A DNA stretch of 62,454 nucleotides, filler included, from Streblomastix strix (lineage: Eukaryota): assembly GCA_008636045.1 (NCBI GenBank). It is 3 parts of 3 records of this genome, joined end to end, with 100 filler letters (N's around TTAATTAATTAA, not from the genome) between each part and the next. Parts side by side here need not be neighbours in the genome. Positions count along the whole stretch, not along the records: positions 1 to 20,780 come from SNRW01000414.1; positions 20,881 to 41,631 come from SNRW01000416.1; 1 more part is not named here. The stretch is one strand, 5' to 3'. The translations under genes and the position numbers were made by a program. The notes below the pieces were generated by a model that ran no database searches, had not been told where the DNA came from, and saw only the letters and a program-made list of their open reading frames with translations. Positions 13,501-26,800 of this stretch are shown in pieces (the first letter of the stretch is position 1; every line of letters starts with the position of its first letter).

Positions 13501-16500
13501 GTTTCTTATAATTTCTTTTATTTTATATGTCTTGTTATTAAATTAGATTATTAATGTTACCTTTCAATTTCTTAATCTTTTAATAATTATCTTAATTACA
13601 TTACATTTTTATGTCGAAATTCAACTGTATTCAAAACTTCACCAGAATGTTCACTTGCATTAATTAACGCTCCTTTTTGAATTGCTATTTTAATTTATTG
13701 TTCTGTCATTGGTGTTGAATATGCAGATGATGTAGATCTTGATATTTTAGATTAGATTTATGGAGAATTTATTTATTTATTTATTGGACTGTTTGGATAT
13801 TGAGAATTATTTCTTCTTGAGTTTTAATAAGAACTTGCACTACTTGGCCTTTATGAAGAAGAATTTTAGTAGAACAACTTTTATCCAGATTATATTCTTA
13901 TTCTTCTTTACTCCGTTTCTGAATATGTACTTTTTCTATTCAAATCTAATTTAATTGGTTAATTTTGGTTATTCCTTAATTATTTTTAACTTGAAATATC
14001 ATTATATTAAGAAGTTTCATTTGAATTTATTTGTTATTATCCAACAACTCCAGATTTATTTGATCTGACTCCACCTAATCCTCCAATAACAATTTCATCA
14101 ATTACATTTGATTGATTATTAGGATTAATTATTATTGTTTCTTATTACTATTTATCTTCTTATTATGTTTATTATTATTATTAGATCTAATTTGGAGATT
14201 GAATTGGATTTTGATTGTTTGATTATGAGCGATGAGAAGTTTGAGATTTATGAGATGATTCTGATTAAATTAATTAATCTTAATATATTATTTATTATTA
14301 TTATTCATCTTTAATTAAATCATTATTAATTTATTTATTATCAATAATTGTTTCATTTTCTTCAATTGATTAGCTTTTTTCATTTTCATTTAATATTTCA
14401 TTTTATTATTTATTCTTTTATTTTTATAATTATTATTTCAATTAATTATTTCTTTCATTTTTTTATTATTTTTCAATTTCCCATCTTCCTATTTATTAAA
14501 TTCCACCATCAGATTCAACCCATTAAGAAACGCGACTTAAAAACTTTCTCTCGCAAATATCTGATAATTATTCTGATGTCAATAACGTTAATATTTGAGT
14601 TATCAGTAATATACCAGATATTCGAGATTCAATATCATTTTTATCTGATTGTAAAACGAGTTATAAAGTATTATCAATAAGTTTAGGAAGTGGAACCAAT
14701 CTTTGAATTAAATAAAATGCATCAGAAAGTTAAGGAGAAAATGTTAATAATAAGATATTGTTGGCTAAAGAAGAAGATATAGCTGAAGGAAACTTAGTTA
14801 ATGATTATTCATTTTAATCATTTTCATCATCTATATAACTATTATTCTTATTAGAGTTATTATTTATAAATCCTCTGATCTAATTTTCATCTCTTGAATC
14901 AACTCCATTATTTATCATACTTTAAATTCTTTATACTTTTTTCACCATCAATGATTATGCACTTGTTATTGATGAATTTAATGAATTAGGAATAATTAGA
15001 GAAGTTGAAACACGAAGAGCTGCAGCTGTAGTGGCTGCATTTATTGGACATCAAGATGCAAAATTGAGCAGGTGTTCAATTAATCCATCAACTATTAATG
15101 GATTATTTGAAAGTTATGATTCTTATATTAATAGTTGAGATTGTTATTTGGATTCATTTTATTATTATTATTTAGTTTGTTCTTTATTTCTGCTATAAAG
15201 TCTGTTGAATGTCATTGATGAGAACCATCTTTCTTTTATTATTGATATTTAATCTTTTGAATTATTAATATAATCTTCAATTTATTATTATTATTCTTTA
15301 TCTTCAGTTTCATCATCAGAATCTTCTTCAATGTCAATTATATTCTATAATCCAGATAATTCATCTTATTCATTTTAAATATTTCTATTAAAAGCTTCTT
15401 TTTAATTCTCTTTCAATAATTTCTTTCTTTATTCTTCTTTCACTTTCTTATATTTAATTATTTTCTTTCTTCTTTCTTTTGCTAATAATTTAATTCTCTT
15501 TCTTCTTTATAAATATAATTTATTTGTTTATTATCTTCCAATTGATTCTTCTACTCCTTCTGTTAAACGAAGGATACCAGCAAGTATTGAAACTGATAAT
15601 GAGAATAATCGAATACTTTTCTTCTGTCTTATTTCAATATCTGATTCATTTTCTATTAATTGTGATTCATTTGATTATAATTGAGATTATCTTGATGATT
15701 AATTATCAGACTTTTAATATAAATTCTTATTTCTCTATTTTTGATTATATTCTTCATTATTACTTATATTCCTTCTTCCGTATCCTCTAATATGAAATGT
15801 ATTATTCAGTTCTTATGCAGTAGATGATATATAATTAATATTATATTCATCTTGTTCATTTGGACTTGATTATTTTCTTTTATTGTTAATTTATTAATTT
15901 TAATTCGAAATTCTATTCTTTTGAGAAGGTGAATTGAATCTTTATAATTGTTGTTGTTATTATTATTCTCCTTTAATTTAGTTAATATCATTAATTCCAA
16001 CACCTTTTCCAACTACATATACTGCTTCTGAAAACTTTGCTATAACATCAATTATATCAAAATTTTCCACAAGTTCATAAACTGCATCTAAGTTTCCATT
16101 GCATATAATCTCATCAATAATCATCAATGATAATTCACAAATTGGAGAAGTTGGATTTATTGGTCCATCTTCTTCATGGCTAAATCCACAGCAATGCAAA
16201 TCTCTTTATTATTCTTTTTTAATCTTCTTCTTATTCTTATTTCGATGACTGTTATTATTACTTTGACTTACTCTCTCCCCTCTTATTTAATATTAATTAC
16301 TATGTGGAGCCATTGGTGAGGTTGAATAATAATTGGTAAGCTTTGAAATGAATTGGGAGGCGCATATGAGTATTCTAGTTATAACATCTATAAATGGAGG
16401 AAGTGGTGATCTTCCTATAATTATATGAACTTATGATTGATTATTGTTATTATTATTTATTATTTATTACTATTTGATTATTTATAATTTTGATGGTGTT

Positions 16501-17603
16501 TCTTTTTATTCATTTTAATCAATAAGTAAATCTGAAGATAGAGGATTGTCTCTTAGAATTAAAAGAAGAAGATTTAATGCAGACTTTAAATGTGGTGTTT
16601 ATTCAGAAATTGGTTATTAATCAAATTCATCAGAAAAGAAACTATCATTATTTTTTGAATTTGATGTTCCATCCAGAATTATATTCATTCTGCAATGTGG
16701 AATTAATTATTCTAATTCATTCAATACATTACATTCAAATATAAGAGAATCCCTCAAAGATGGGGTAACATCAGATAATTCAGTTAAGATGCTTAATGTA
16801 TATTCAACTACATGCAATTTTAAATTATACTCTTCATCAGATTAATTTTCACTGTCATTCAATTATTATATCGCATTTAATTATTTCTCTCTTCTCAAAT
16901 ATGGAATTAATGATAAACAAGGATCATTATCAACAATAATTAAACAATTCTCTGAATAAATAATAATGAATAAATGTTATATAATAAATTGGAAAAAAAA
17001 ATTTAAAATAAATTATAATAACATAATGTATATAAATATTAAACCTTTATTTTCAACTAGACAAAGAAGAGCATGAAGAATCATAATTAATGTCCTTTTC
17101 TATGTGATATATTCTTCTTCATAATCTAATTGTTGGATAATAATGCGAGTTAATCGAGTTAGAAGACCTTTGTCAAGTTCCTGTGCCTTAGAAATGAATG
17201 AAAGAAGGCAGCCTATTATAATTCGAGTACGCTCTGAAGCACTATCATTCCAGAATATGGATATCAAATTGTTGATTAAGCTGCTCTCGTCCAGAATAGA
17301 AGCTATGTTCTATTGGCGCATATCAACTAGAGAAGCGCCTCGCTCTACAAAGCAAGTGAAGGCGTAGAGAGTCCGAGTGCTCTTTACTGATGTGCATGGA
17401 CCAATCCACGTGTCAAGTCGCTCAATGAGGCTTCGATTCGAAAATAACCTTCGTAAGCACTTCTTATCTATACATTTTGCAATACGTAAACAGTTTTCCA
17501 ATCCTTTTCGTGACTCTGTGTCTGATTGTATTTATACAAATGCATTGGCCGCTTCTTCTTCTGGCCTGTGCTTGCTGTCAAGTGAGAAGTATCTTGCCAA
17601 CAT
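10536..17603 (-). CDS. Giant (~2300 aa) hypothetical protein; helical (ARM-like) segments separated by Q/N/S-rich low-complexity tracts
   Basis: ATG 17603 (MLARYFSLDSKHRPEEAANAF...), in frame with track ORF 17310-17501. One intron at about 16952-17044. Ends ...AAKRLLNLCEQLEF-TGA at 10536. No family recognised. Confidence 0.75.
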
Positions 17604-18101
17604 TTGCCTAAGAGCAATGCGAAATAAAAAATTAAAATTTCTTTAAAATTAAACGCAATTTAATCATAAACTTTGAAATATTGATTTGATAAAAACAGAA
17701 AATTCAAATTTATTATTTATAAAATAATATTTGTTTGTTAGGACGCGAGAAATTAATGTTGAAATGAAATAAATACTCCATTCAATAATTTGGAAGAAAT
17801 TTATTGTTCTTAATAGTAGATCATTACGAATAAATATATGTAAAATGAAAATATTTACTTAAATTTGAATAATATACTATTACAGTTGTGGAAAACCAAT
17901 TTCTGATAAAAAGATGGCATTGTGCTATAAATCAGTAATATTTTTTAAAATTAAATTAAAAAAATAGTAAATTTTATTTATTATTTATTATTGTTAGTGT
18001 TTTCTGTGGAAATAACATACAGAATTATTTGAAAAATGAATCTCTGAAAAAAAATAATTTATGAAAAAATTGAAAACATGTATAAATATATAAATAAAGA
18101 C

Positions 18102-20624
18102 TCAGTTAGTAGGTTTTTAATCTACTCCAGAGCCCTTGACTTTCACTTTAATAAGAGGTTTAGAACTATTGGATTGGGATTATTATGATGTGGAATTTGA
18201 GTTATTAATTGCAGTCAGTAGAAGAGGAGGGACAAGTGATGAGTGATTTTAAATTATAGGTTTAATTAATTTAATTGAATCAGAATTAGGAGGATTAATT
18301 TTATTACTATTCAGCTCTGTTGGATCAGATTAAATGCCAGATTACATGGGAGAGAGGTTTCTTTATTTTTATTTTATATTCAGTTCATCTTAGTCGATAA
18401 TAACTCCAGGCTGTTGTACTGGAAATTGATCCTGAATCTAATTAGATGCAGAAGGATACTAACTGGATACAACACTAATTCTCGGCTTATTAAGCGATTA
18501 TTGGATTGATTACTGCTTTGAAATACTTGATGAAAATATATAAGGAGATGATGATGGATTGATAATTTTGTCCTTTCTTGGGATAATTCTCACTTTCTCT
18601 TCATTCTTTTAGTAAGAAAGCTTTTAAATTGGTTTCTTCTTTTATTTCGTTTTACTGAGCAGCATCTTTATTATTGCATTTATATCCTTTTCATTCAATT
18701 TCTCAATTTCATCATCTAAGTTAATTTATTTATTCTCTATACTATTCATACTGCCCTTTGAATCAATTTTTTTGATTGAATTATTATCTTTTTCTTTATC
18801 AACTTCTTTCTCTTTCTCTTCTTCATCATCATCTTCTTCTTCTTCCTTTTCATTATCTTCATCTTCTATTTCTTTATCACTTTCATTTTATGTTGTTGAA
18901 TCTTTCTATAATTATTTCTTCTTCTTAGGTTTTTTCTATTTTTTGATATTTTTATCTTTTTTATTGTTTTTCTCCTTTTCAATACTTTTCTGTTTCTCAT
19001 CATTAATATTCTTCTTCTGTTTTTCGCTTAATGCATCTTTATTCTTATCTAATGCTTTGATCCTATTAGTCTAAGGGGACTTCTGAATTTGATTCAGATT
19101 ACTCGTACTAAAAGGAACAAATTATACATTCAGCGGAACAGATTGTGTATTTAGTGGCACAGATTATGCATTCAGAGGAATTTATTACTCATTTCGTGGT
19201 GACGTCTGCACATTTGCATGTGTTGGATAGTGATGTATCGTGTGAAGTGAAGGATTCAGCGGTTATGGTGTGTTTGTATACAAATTCTATCTGGGCATGT
19301 TTGGATAAGACTTATTCCTGTTCATGGGCTGTGATGATGATGATGATTGCGGAGGAGGAGTTCTTATTGGGAGGTTCTGCTGTCTTCTTAATTCAATTGT
19401 GTTCTGCCTGTTCAGATCAGCTGGATACAGGCGCGGAGATACGAAAGATTGGAACTTCTGGTAGTGCGGGTTATCCAAGTTATTTTATTTCTTATTATTT
19501 TACTGCGGAAATGTTGAGAATTGCTGGGATGATGTTGGAAGTCTCATTGTTTATGACGAGAAAGATTGCGTCGTTCTGTGCAACTTCTGAGAAGAATCCT
19601 GTTTATTAGAAGGGTTCTTATTTTGATCAGAGGATTGATATACTGAAGGTGGGACATGTTACATGTTGTACAGTTTGGGTTGAAATGTGTCCACTTTAGT
19701 TGATGATGTTTGGCGATGTATTATCCTTTATTAAGTACTATTATTAACTGGGAAAGAATTGGTACCGGAATTTGTAGAGGATTTTGGACTTAGTATATTT
19801 GAGTTACTTGATGATGAATTGAGCGCTGAATTTGATATAACTAAGCTTCGTGTTGTTAATGATGGTTTCTATTTTTGCTTCAAAGAGTTCAAATTCAGAC
19901 TCATGCTATCATCTGAGTATTTTTTGGGTTCTATATTGTGATCTTCAGTTTTGGTTTTCTGATCAGCTTTAATCAGTTTTTATTCATTTATTTCATTTTC
20001 CTTCTTAATTTATACTTTCTTCTGATCCAACTGCTTCTCCATATCCTGAATCTGCATATGTATCTTAATCTGCTAATTAAACTGCTCCTGTTCCGAATCA
20101 ATCTCGACTCTTTCTTTGGTTCTGAGTCGAGCTGTTGTATTTCTCTCGGTAGACTAATCTAGTTAATTATTATTATATGGAGGTGCAGATACGGATGGGG
20201 GAATCTATTCGAGGCTGCCAACACTTGGGCTTTTCTGGATGGGCTCATGCCCAGCAACTTTCGGAGGAGATTGTTTAGATGTTATGTTTTATTGCTGTTA
20301 TTCTGAATCGATCTCAGTTTCTGATGTTTATGGATTTAGTTGCTTTTTCAGTTACTCAACAAGGGAGATCATATGTTTTATCTCTTTGTTGTGCTTCAAC
20401 TCAATTTATTTCAGTGATTTTATTTTTTCTTCCTGCGATTATTATTATTGTTATTGTTATTAAGTCTATTATTTATCATTATCTGATACATTTATTTTAG
20501 ACTTTTATTCATCATCACCTTTTACATTCATCAGATCTTTTATATCTTTTGAATACTCTTACCATTCTTTCCCTTATGATCTGAGGCTTTGTAACAATTC
20601 ATTCACTTTTTATTCATATTTCTT
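18102..20624 (-). CDS. Low-complexity Q/P/S/E/K-rich hypothetical protein, 5'-truncated
   Basis: Long TAR=Gln open frame ending ...GVDQKPTN-TGA at 18102; includes track ORF 19287-19478. Confidence 0.65.
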
Positions 20625-20780
20625 CTCTTTTGCACCTTCCACATCTCCTTTTCCCAAAGCTTCTTCTACCTCTGCAATCATTTTTTTTACATTTATTTCT
20701 GCCAAGCTCAGATAGATGATTCTTTCAATACAAAAAGCCAAACAAACAACCAAAGCAATAGCAACCAAACTCATGAAAGA
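20625..20780 (-). other. Fragment of a Bacteroidales-type MotA/TolQ/ExbB proton-channel gene fused in frame to the eukaryotic ORF
   Basis: Translates SFMSLVAIALVVCLAFCIERIIYLSLAEINVKKMIAEVEEALGKGDVEGAKE, which I recognise as the Bacteroides/Prevotella ExbB-family motif (FMSLVAIAL..GLAFCIERIIYL.L.EIN). No TAA/TAG in these 52 codons; TAR=Gln sequence begins right after. Confidence 0.8.
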
Positions 20781-20880
20781 NNNNNNNNNNNNNNNNNNNN
20801 NNNNNNNNNNNNNNNNNNNNNNNNTTAATTAATTAANNNNNNNNNNNNNNNNNNNNNNNNNNNNNNNNNNNNNNNNNNNN
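20781..20880. other. Artificial contig-joining linker
   Basis: N44-TTAATTAATTAA-N44 (stop in all six frames). Confidence 0.97.
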
Positions 20881-23800
20881 ATTAATTTAGAATAAAAAAA
20901 GAATATAAATTAAGAGATTAACTAATGTAATGATTAATAAATAAATTATGTTGGAAAATAAAATGAATATGAATAAAGTATTGCATTATAAAGTGTTTCA
21001 AAATGTACATCTAATCAAATATTAATTGAAGAGCTGAACAATTAATTCATGAATTATAATCATATATTCTCCATTTACAACTTGGCAAAGAGACCAGTTA
21101 TATTTGGATACGAAGATTATGATATTGCAAAATAAGTTATTTAATAGAGTTTGTAAATGCCTTTATCAACCATAAATAAATAAGAATAGTAAAAATAGCA
21201 ATAAATAATATTTAAAATTCCAATATATTAAACTACATCATAATTATTAATGTGGAAAATGATTGAAAAAGCAAATTAATAAATATAAGCAACATAATAA
21301 ATGATTAACGTATAAAATTTTGAATTAATAAATAAATCATAACAAAATGATTTCTCATAATCTACAGAAGATAAAGAATAATATTCACAATAATTTTCTT
21401 TATTTTCAGAAAAAGAATAATTATTTGAAATAAGAAATTAATTTGAAGATCTTTAATACAGTGATTCTTAATAATCCAGCATATTAAATTCTTCAAATAA
21501 TAATAGTAAATAAAATGAAAATAATAATTATTTAGATATTATTTAGAAACGTAAAATGGAATAACCTTAAACTTAAAAAAAATAAAACACAACAATTAGA
21601 ACAGTTTAAATGCTAATAATATTTGAGCTATTTCCACCAATTTATATATCAATATTAGAAAGCTTAAGAGCATTTAAAGAAAGATAATAATTTCTAAAGT
21701 TGAATGAGTTTTCTTAAATAAATGACAAGAAAGATGGATTAACATTTCATTGTTTAATTTAATAACCTTTTGTTGATATTTTTCCTCCTAGAATAATAAG
21801 GCATTTTGCACCAATTAGTATTAGAAAGAGGACAATCTCTGAAGAATATTAGATTATCGAGAGATATTTCATGAATAGAATGAAAGTATGGCTCAGGAAA
21901 GACAAAATGTATATTAACTAAGAAAAAAATTTAAATGAAGGATTAGATGATAATTCAGGTGTAATTAAAAATATGGATAATGAATAAAACACATAAATAA
22001 AGTCAAAAATGAATTTCGATAATTAAGAACAATCAAGAATTTAATAGAGAATTAATCGAATTCCATCAATAACATATATTTTTTATCTACTTCTTTCATA
22101 TGTACCCAAAGTTGAAGAACAAACTCATTATTCTAGATTACTATTCCATTAACTAATGAAATTATTTCCAGCACTGAAATTCTTACCATTAAATTTCAAT
22201 CATTGTTTAAAAATCATTTTATAATTTAGCTAATTAATCAATTAATATCCTTCAACTATTAATGAATCAAAGTCAATTGCTATATTATGGATTAAAACTT
22301 GTAGAAATGTTTTTGCAGATCGATTAAATAGAGCTTAGAAAGTGTCATTTGATCTGATTGCTTGCTATTTTGCATCATATTTAGAAACAAATGAAGCATT
22401 TAACTTTGAAGGGCTGTTTGAATTTGTGAGAAGATTACCAGTTAATAATGAAGAGGAGAAAATATAAGAACTTGTTATTGAAGAACTTGACTCTAAAGAA
22501 CATAGATTATTTACACATATGGTATTAGATTAAAGCACTTCATTAAGTTATTTCTTATAATAGAAACAAATGATGCATTTATCAAGATCATACTTCTTAC
22601 ATTATGGTAGTGTTGCTATTCGCACTTCTTAGAAATTGAAAGAGAATCATGTTTGCATTATTTCATATCCACATGTAATAAATTCCACATTCATATAGAT
22701 GGTCGGAATATTGACGAAATTCAATCATTATCATTTATAAATTTCATAAACATATGCTGAATTTATTAAATAATTGAAAATGATTATTATAAAGGTTATT
22801 TTTGATAAGAAAAATATGATTATTTCTTTTGTCGTATAAGATCTTCTTGATTTATGCCCTGCAAATCTTAGTAAATATAAAGAAGAGCTCACAATGTAAA
22901 AGGCTAGTTTATTAGATGCAAACGATTAATTAAATGCGAATAAATCAAATAATTATTTAACTGATTAACTTAATTGTATTCCATTACCTTCCAGAAAAGA
23001 ACAAATTGGATAAATGGATTGGATTGGAGATGCATAAAAATAGGAAGATAATATCCTTTTTGAAACAAAATCTTGGGCTAATCGAAAATAATTAAACAGT
23101 TTAGACGTTAGTTCTATACTTTTTTCAATAATAATGAGTGAATAATCACCAATTTTGTGTGAATATTTTAAAACACTAAATTAATTTTATTTTAATTATT
23201 ATTAATTATTAATTTTATTTATATTTATATTTATTTAATCAGAATATTTTCTGAACTTGAAATCTAATTGATTTTAAAAGAAGCCAAATCAGTGGGCTTT
23301 ACTGATGCCATTAATTACTAATGGATATCTAATTAATTATAAGAAAAATTAAGATTCTTAATTTTACTTGAAATGTATATACCTACAGCTTGTAATCCCT
23401 CTTAAGAATCTCATACTGAAACTTCAGTTAAAGATTTGAAGAAAAGAAGTGATTAATTAAAAGAAATTTTTAATGGAATTAATGAAAATGAAATCAATTA
23501 GAAAGGAGTAATAAATACAGCGATGGATAAAATTTAAAGATTAAGTCACTTAGAAATTGATAATAAAAATGAATAAGCAAATGATCCCAATTAATAAAGG
23601 AAATAACAAATTGATTAGAAAACTATTGTTTAATTATTTTTAGAGGAAAACACTAAACATTAATATGATAATTAAATTGTTTAATCATAATAAGAACAAG
23701 ATATTTTTGAATAAGCAAATAATTCTTTAAAAATTGTAATTTAATAAGCATAAAATGAAGATACGAAAAGAATTTCATAATATATTCTTCCTGGAATATA

Positions 23801-26800
23801 ATTTTTCCCATTTATTTCTCGTTACTTTTAATTTGAGACAATAGATATCATGCCTTCAATGCAATTAACTGAACTGATAAAAGATGTATTATTGCCACTT
23901 TAAATTGAATAAATGATTTTAAATGAGAAATTAAATGAATTTGATTAATAATTAAACTGAAAAGAAGCAATATTTGTTGAATAATAAAATCATTTATTTA
24001 TATCAAATGATAAGAAAATAAATTCAGAAGAAACAAATTAACAGCAGAAATTAAAGAAACAATAACAACAATAATTCAAGAATAAAAATAAAATTACATA
24101 AATAAATTATAATTAAGGACATATTAAGAAAATTGAAAGCCCATAAATTGTGAAGAATGAAAATCAAACATCGGATAAAATAAAAAATATTAATTCATTT
24201 TAAATATAATAATTTAACTCTTCAAAATTAGATAAATCTAATTATAATAATTAATTATTTTTAGGGAATAAAATATAATTACCTATTTTAAAATAACAGA
24301 ATATTATAATATAAAACAACTAATTAACAAGTTAATAACAATAATCAAATAATTAAACATCTTAATAAAACATGAATGATGAATAGAAAGAAATGAAATT
24401 TAGTAATGAAAATAAAACTGAAATTTAACAAAAACTGAATAATTAAACATTAATTCAAAATAAAGATAAATTAATTAAAGAGGAATAAGATAAAGCATAA
24501 AAAGAAAAAGCGATTTAAAATTTAAATAAAACAAATAGTGTTGACAATAAACTGGATTAAGAACTTGAATCTTTATTAAATAAAATAAAAATAAAGACAT
24601 AATTAGTTGGAATAACCGGATATTATTAGAATCATCCAGTTGTTACTGCTATAGAAAATGAAAATGAAAATAAATTCTATAAAATAGTTTAATAACAACA
24701 ATAATAATAATAAATAAGAAGACTTTCTTCATATAGAAATGAGGGAAAGAAAAAGAACAATGAAGATGAAGCTAAAATATAATTAAACTCAAATGGTATA
24801 GAAAAGGAGAATAGTTACAAAATTAGAAGAGACTCTGATAATAAATTTAGAAAAGCAAATGTTGATTTGTTATTTAATTTGCATTAATAACAATTGTAAA
24901 CTTCTCCATTTAAATAACAACAATAAACATAAGAGGAAAACCTACAATATGCCAAATAAATGTTTAATAATCAGACAATTATGCCAACCTTGCAACCTGC
25001 TTAGTATATAAGATTAAGAAATGAAGTTCCAAACTTATATTATATTATTAATAAACTAAATATGTAGAAAAGAAAAGAAAATATATAAGAGAAAATGAAT
25101 GATAAATATTAAATTGAAAAATTTATTGATCGAAAGAAATAAATTTAATCTTAAAAATTATTATAAACAAATAGATAGATAAATTAAATTGAATCAAAAA
25201 ATTAAAAAAATATCTAAATTTAAACTTAAAATAGAATTGCACAAATATCATAAATTAATATAATAGTTTAAAATAATTAAGAACAGAATATGAATTATAA
25301 ATAATAATTTGAAAGAGGATTAAAACAGATGGAATGTATAGATAATAAAACATTGAATAATATAAATGAAAAGAAAAATGAAGAATTGAACGATAAATAT
25401 TTATAAAAATTGTAATCAGATGAATTTGATTTTGATGAAAAAATTGAATTAAGATTAACATAAGGTTTAAAATCGATGCAAATTATAAATAAGCTTATAG
25501 ATAAAAATGACCATGAAATAATAGTTTAAACATAATAATTATAATTATAAGGATTAAATAATATAAGAACCTTGGAATCAACAATTTCTGCTTCAGCAGC
25601 AGTTGCTGGAGTTTGTTAGTATTAAAAATTAAATGGTTTTTAATCACCAATAATAAAGAATGTTTCAATTTAGTTGTTTTAATTATAAAATAACACAAAT
25701 TAAAATTAATTATAGGAAATGTAAAAAGTAATGAAAAGTGAATCTGAAAGAGAAAAAGATGGAAAATAATAATAAAATAATTTAAAACCAAATTTAAGAT
25801 AAATATCAAATTCAAATCAATCAAAAGTGAAGAAATATAATTTCATTGAACATTAATAAATGTTGGAATAAGAAAATATAAATTAATAACCTATAAATAT
25901 CAATAATAATTGTTAAGAAGATATTAGAAAAAATGAATTATAATAAAAAAGCAATATAATTATTAGAAATCATGCAGATCCATAAGAACTGGGTAAAATT
26001 TCTTCAAGAATTACATTAATGCCAGAACAAGCTACAATTTAATTAAATAATTTATCTCCTTAGATTTAAATTGAACGTTTAATACTGAAAACAGATGTTG
26101 ATTTATTCTTATATGTCCTTGCAGCTATTTACGAAACAGTTCGAGACAATTACTAATATTTTGCATAAACGGCTCCAGTGTAAGATTGGCTAATGTTTAG
26201 ATGCATCTTCCTCCAATCCGAACATTTTATTAATTTCGTATAAATAGCATTGGATATTTATGAAAAGAGAATAAAAGGTTTGAAGAAAAGAAAAATATAT
26301 TTATAGAATGTGTTATTGAAGCTTATTCATTTTCATGTGGGTATTGTGTCTAAAAGAAACTTCATGCAACAATTATTACTGAATATATTTTATAAAGATG
26401 ATACAAGTAGAACAAAGATTCAAGATTTGATTTAAGAATTGAGGAAGAAGATGGAAGAACTATTAAACAAATCTCGTGAAATGAAAATCATCCAATAAAA
26501 CTTTTAAGAATCAAAACTTAAGGCCAAATAAATAAGAAATCAATTAGAATAAATATATGAAGAACTTTAAATGTAAGAAAATTAACAATTATTTAATACA
26601 TAATTTTCAGTTGTAAATCCTCAAGACCTTTACTTTATCAGAATGTTTACCAATCCTCATAATTTGGTTAAAAGAATGTGTGATATAATACTTATCTTAC
26701 TGAGAAAACAAATAAATTAAGTTGAAATTGTTGAAAATACTAATTAAAGTTAATAAGTTAATAGCATAAGTTAAAAATAGCTTAATATTTCAAGTTAATC

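Noticed and set aside
17730..18065. Cys-containing segment (SCGKPISDKKMALCYKS|CFCG) as an AN1-type zinc-finger gene
   Set aside because: Ligand set incomplete and no clean start or frame; at best a remnant
13199..20500. Many plus-strand hydrophobic F/L/I-rich ORFs in the track
   Set aside because: Antisense shadows of Q/E/K/N-rich minus-strand genes, produced by the wrong genetic code
20781..20880. Palindromic TTAATTAATTAA within N runs (also 41632-41731) as a biological site
   Set aside because: Identical all-frame-stop linker centred in exactly 100 nt, and the segments have descending lengths (20780, 20751, 20723). These are concatenated contigs, so no synteny should be read across them.
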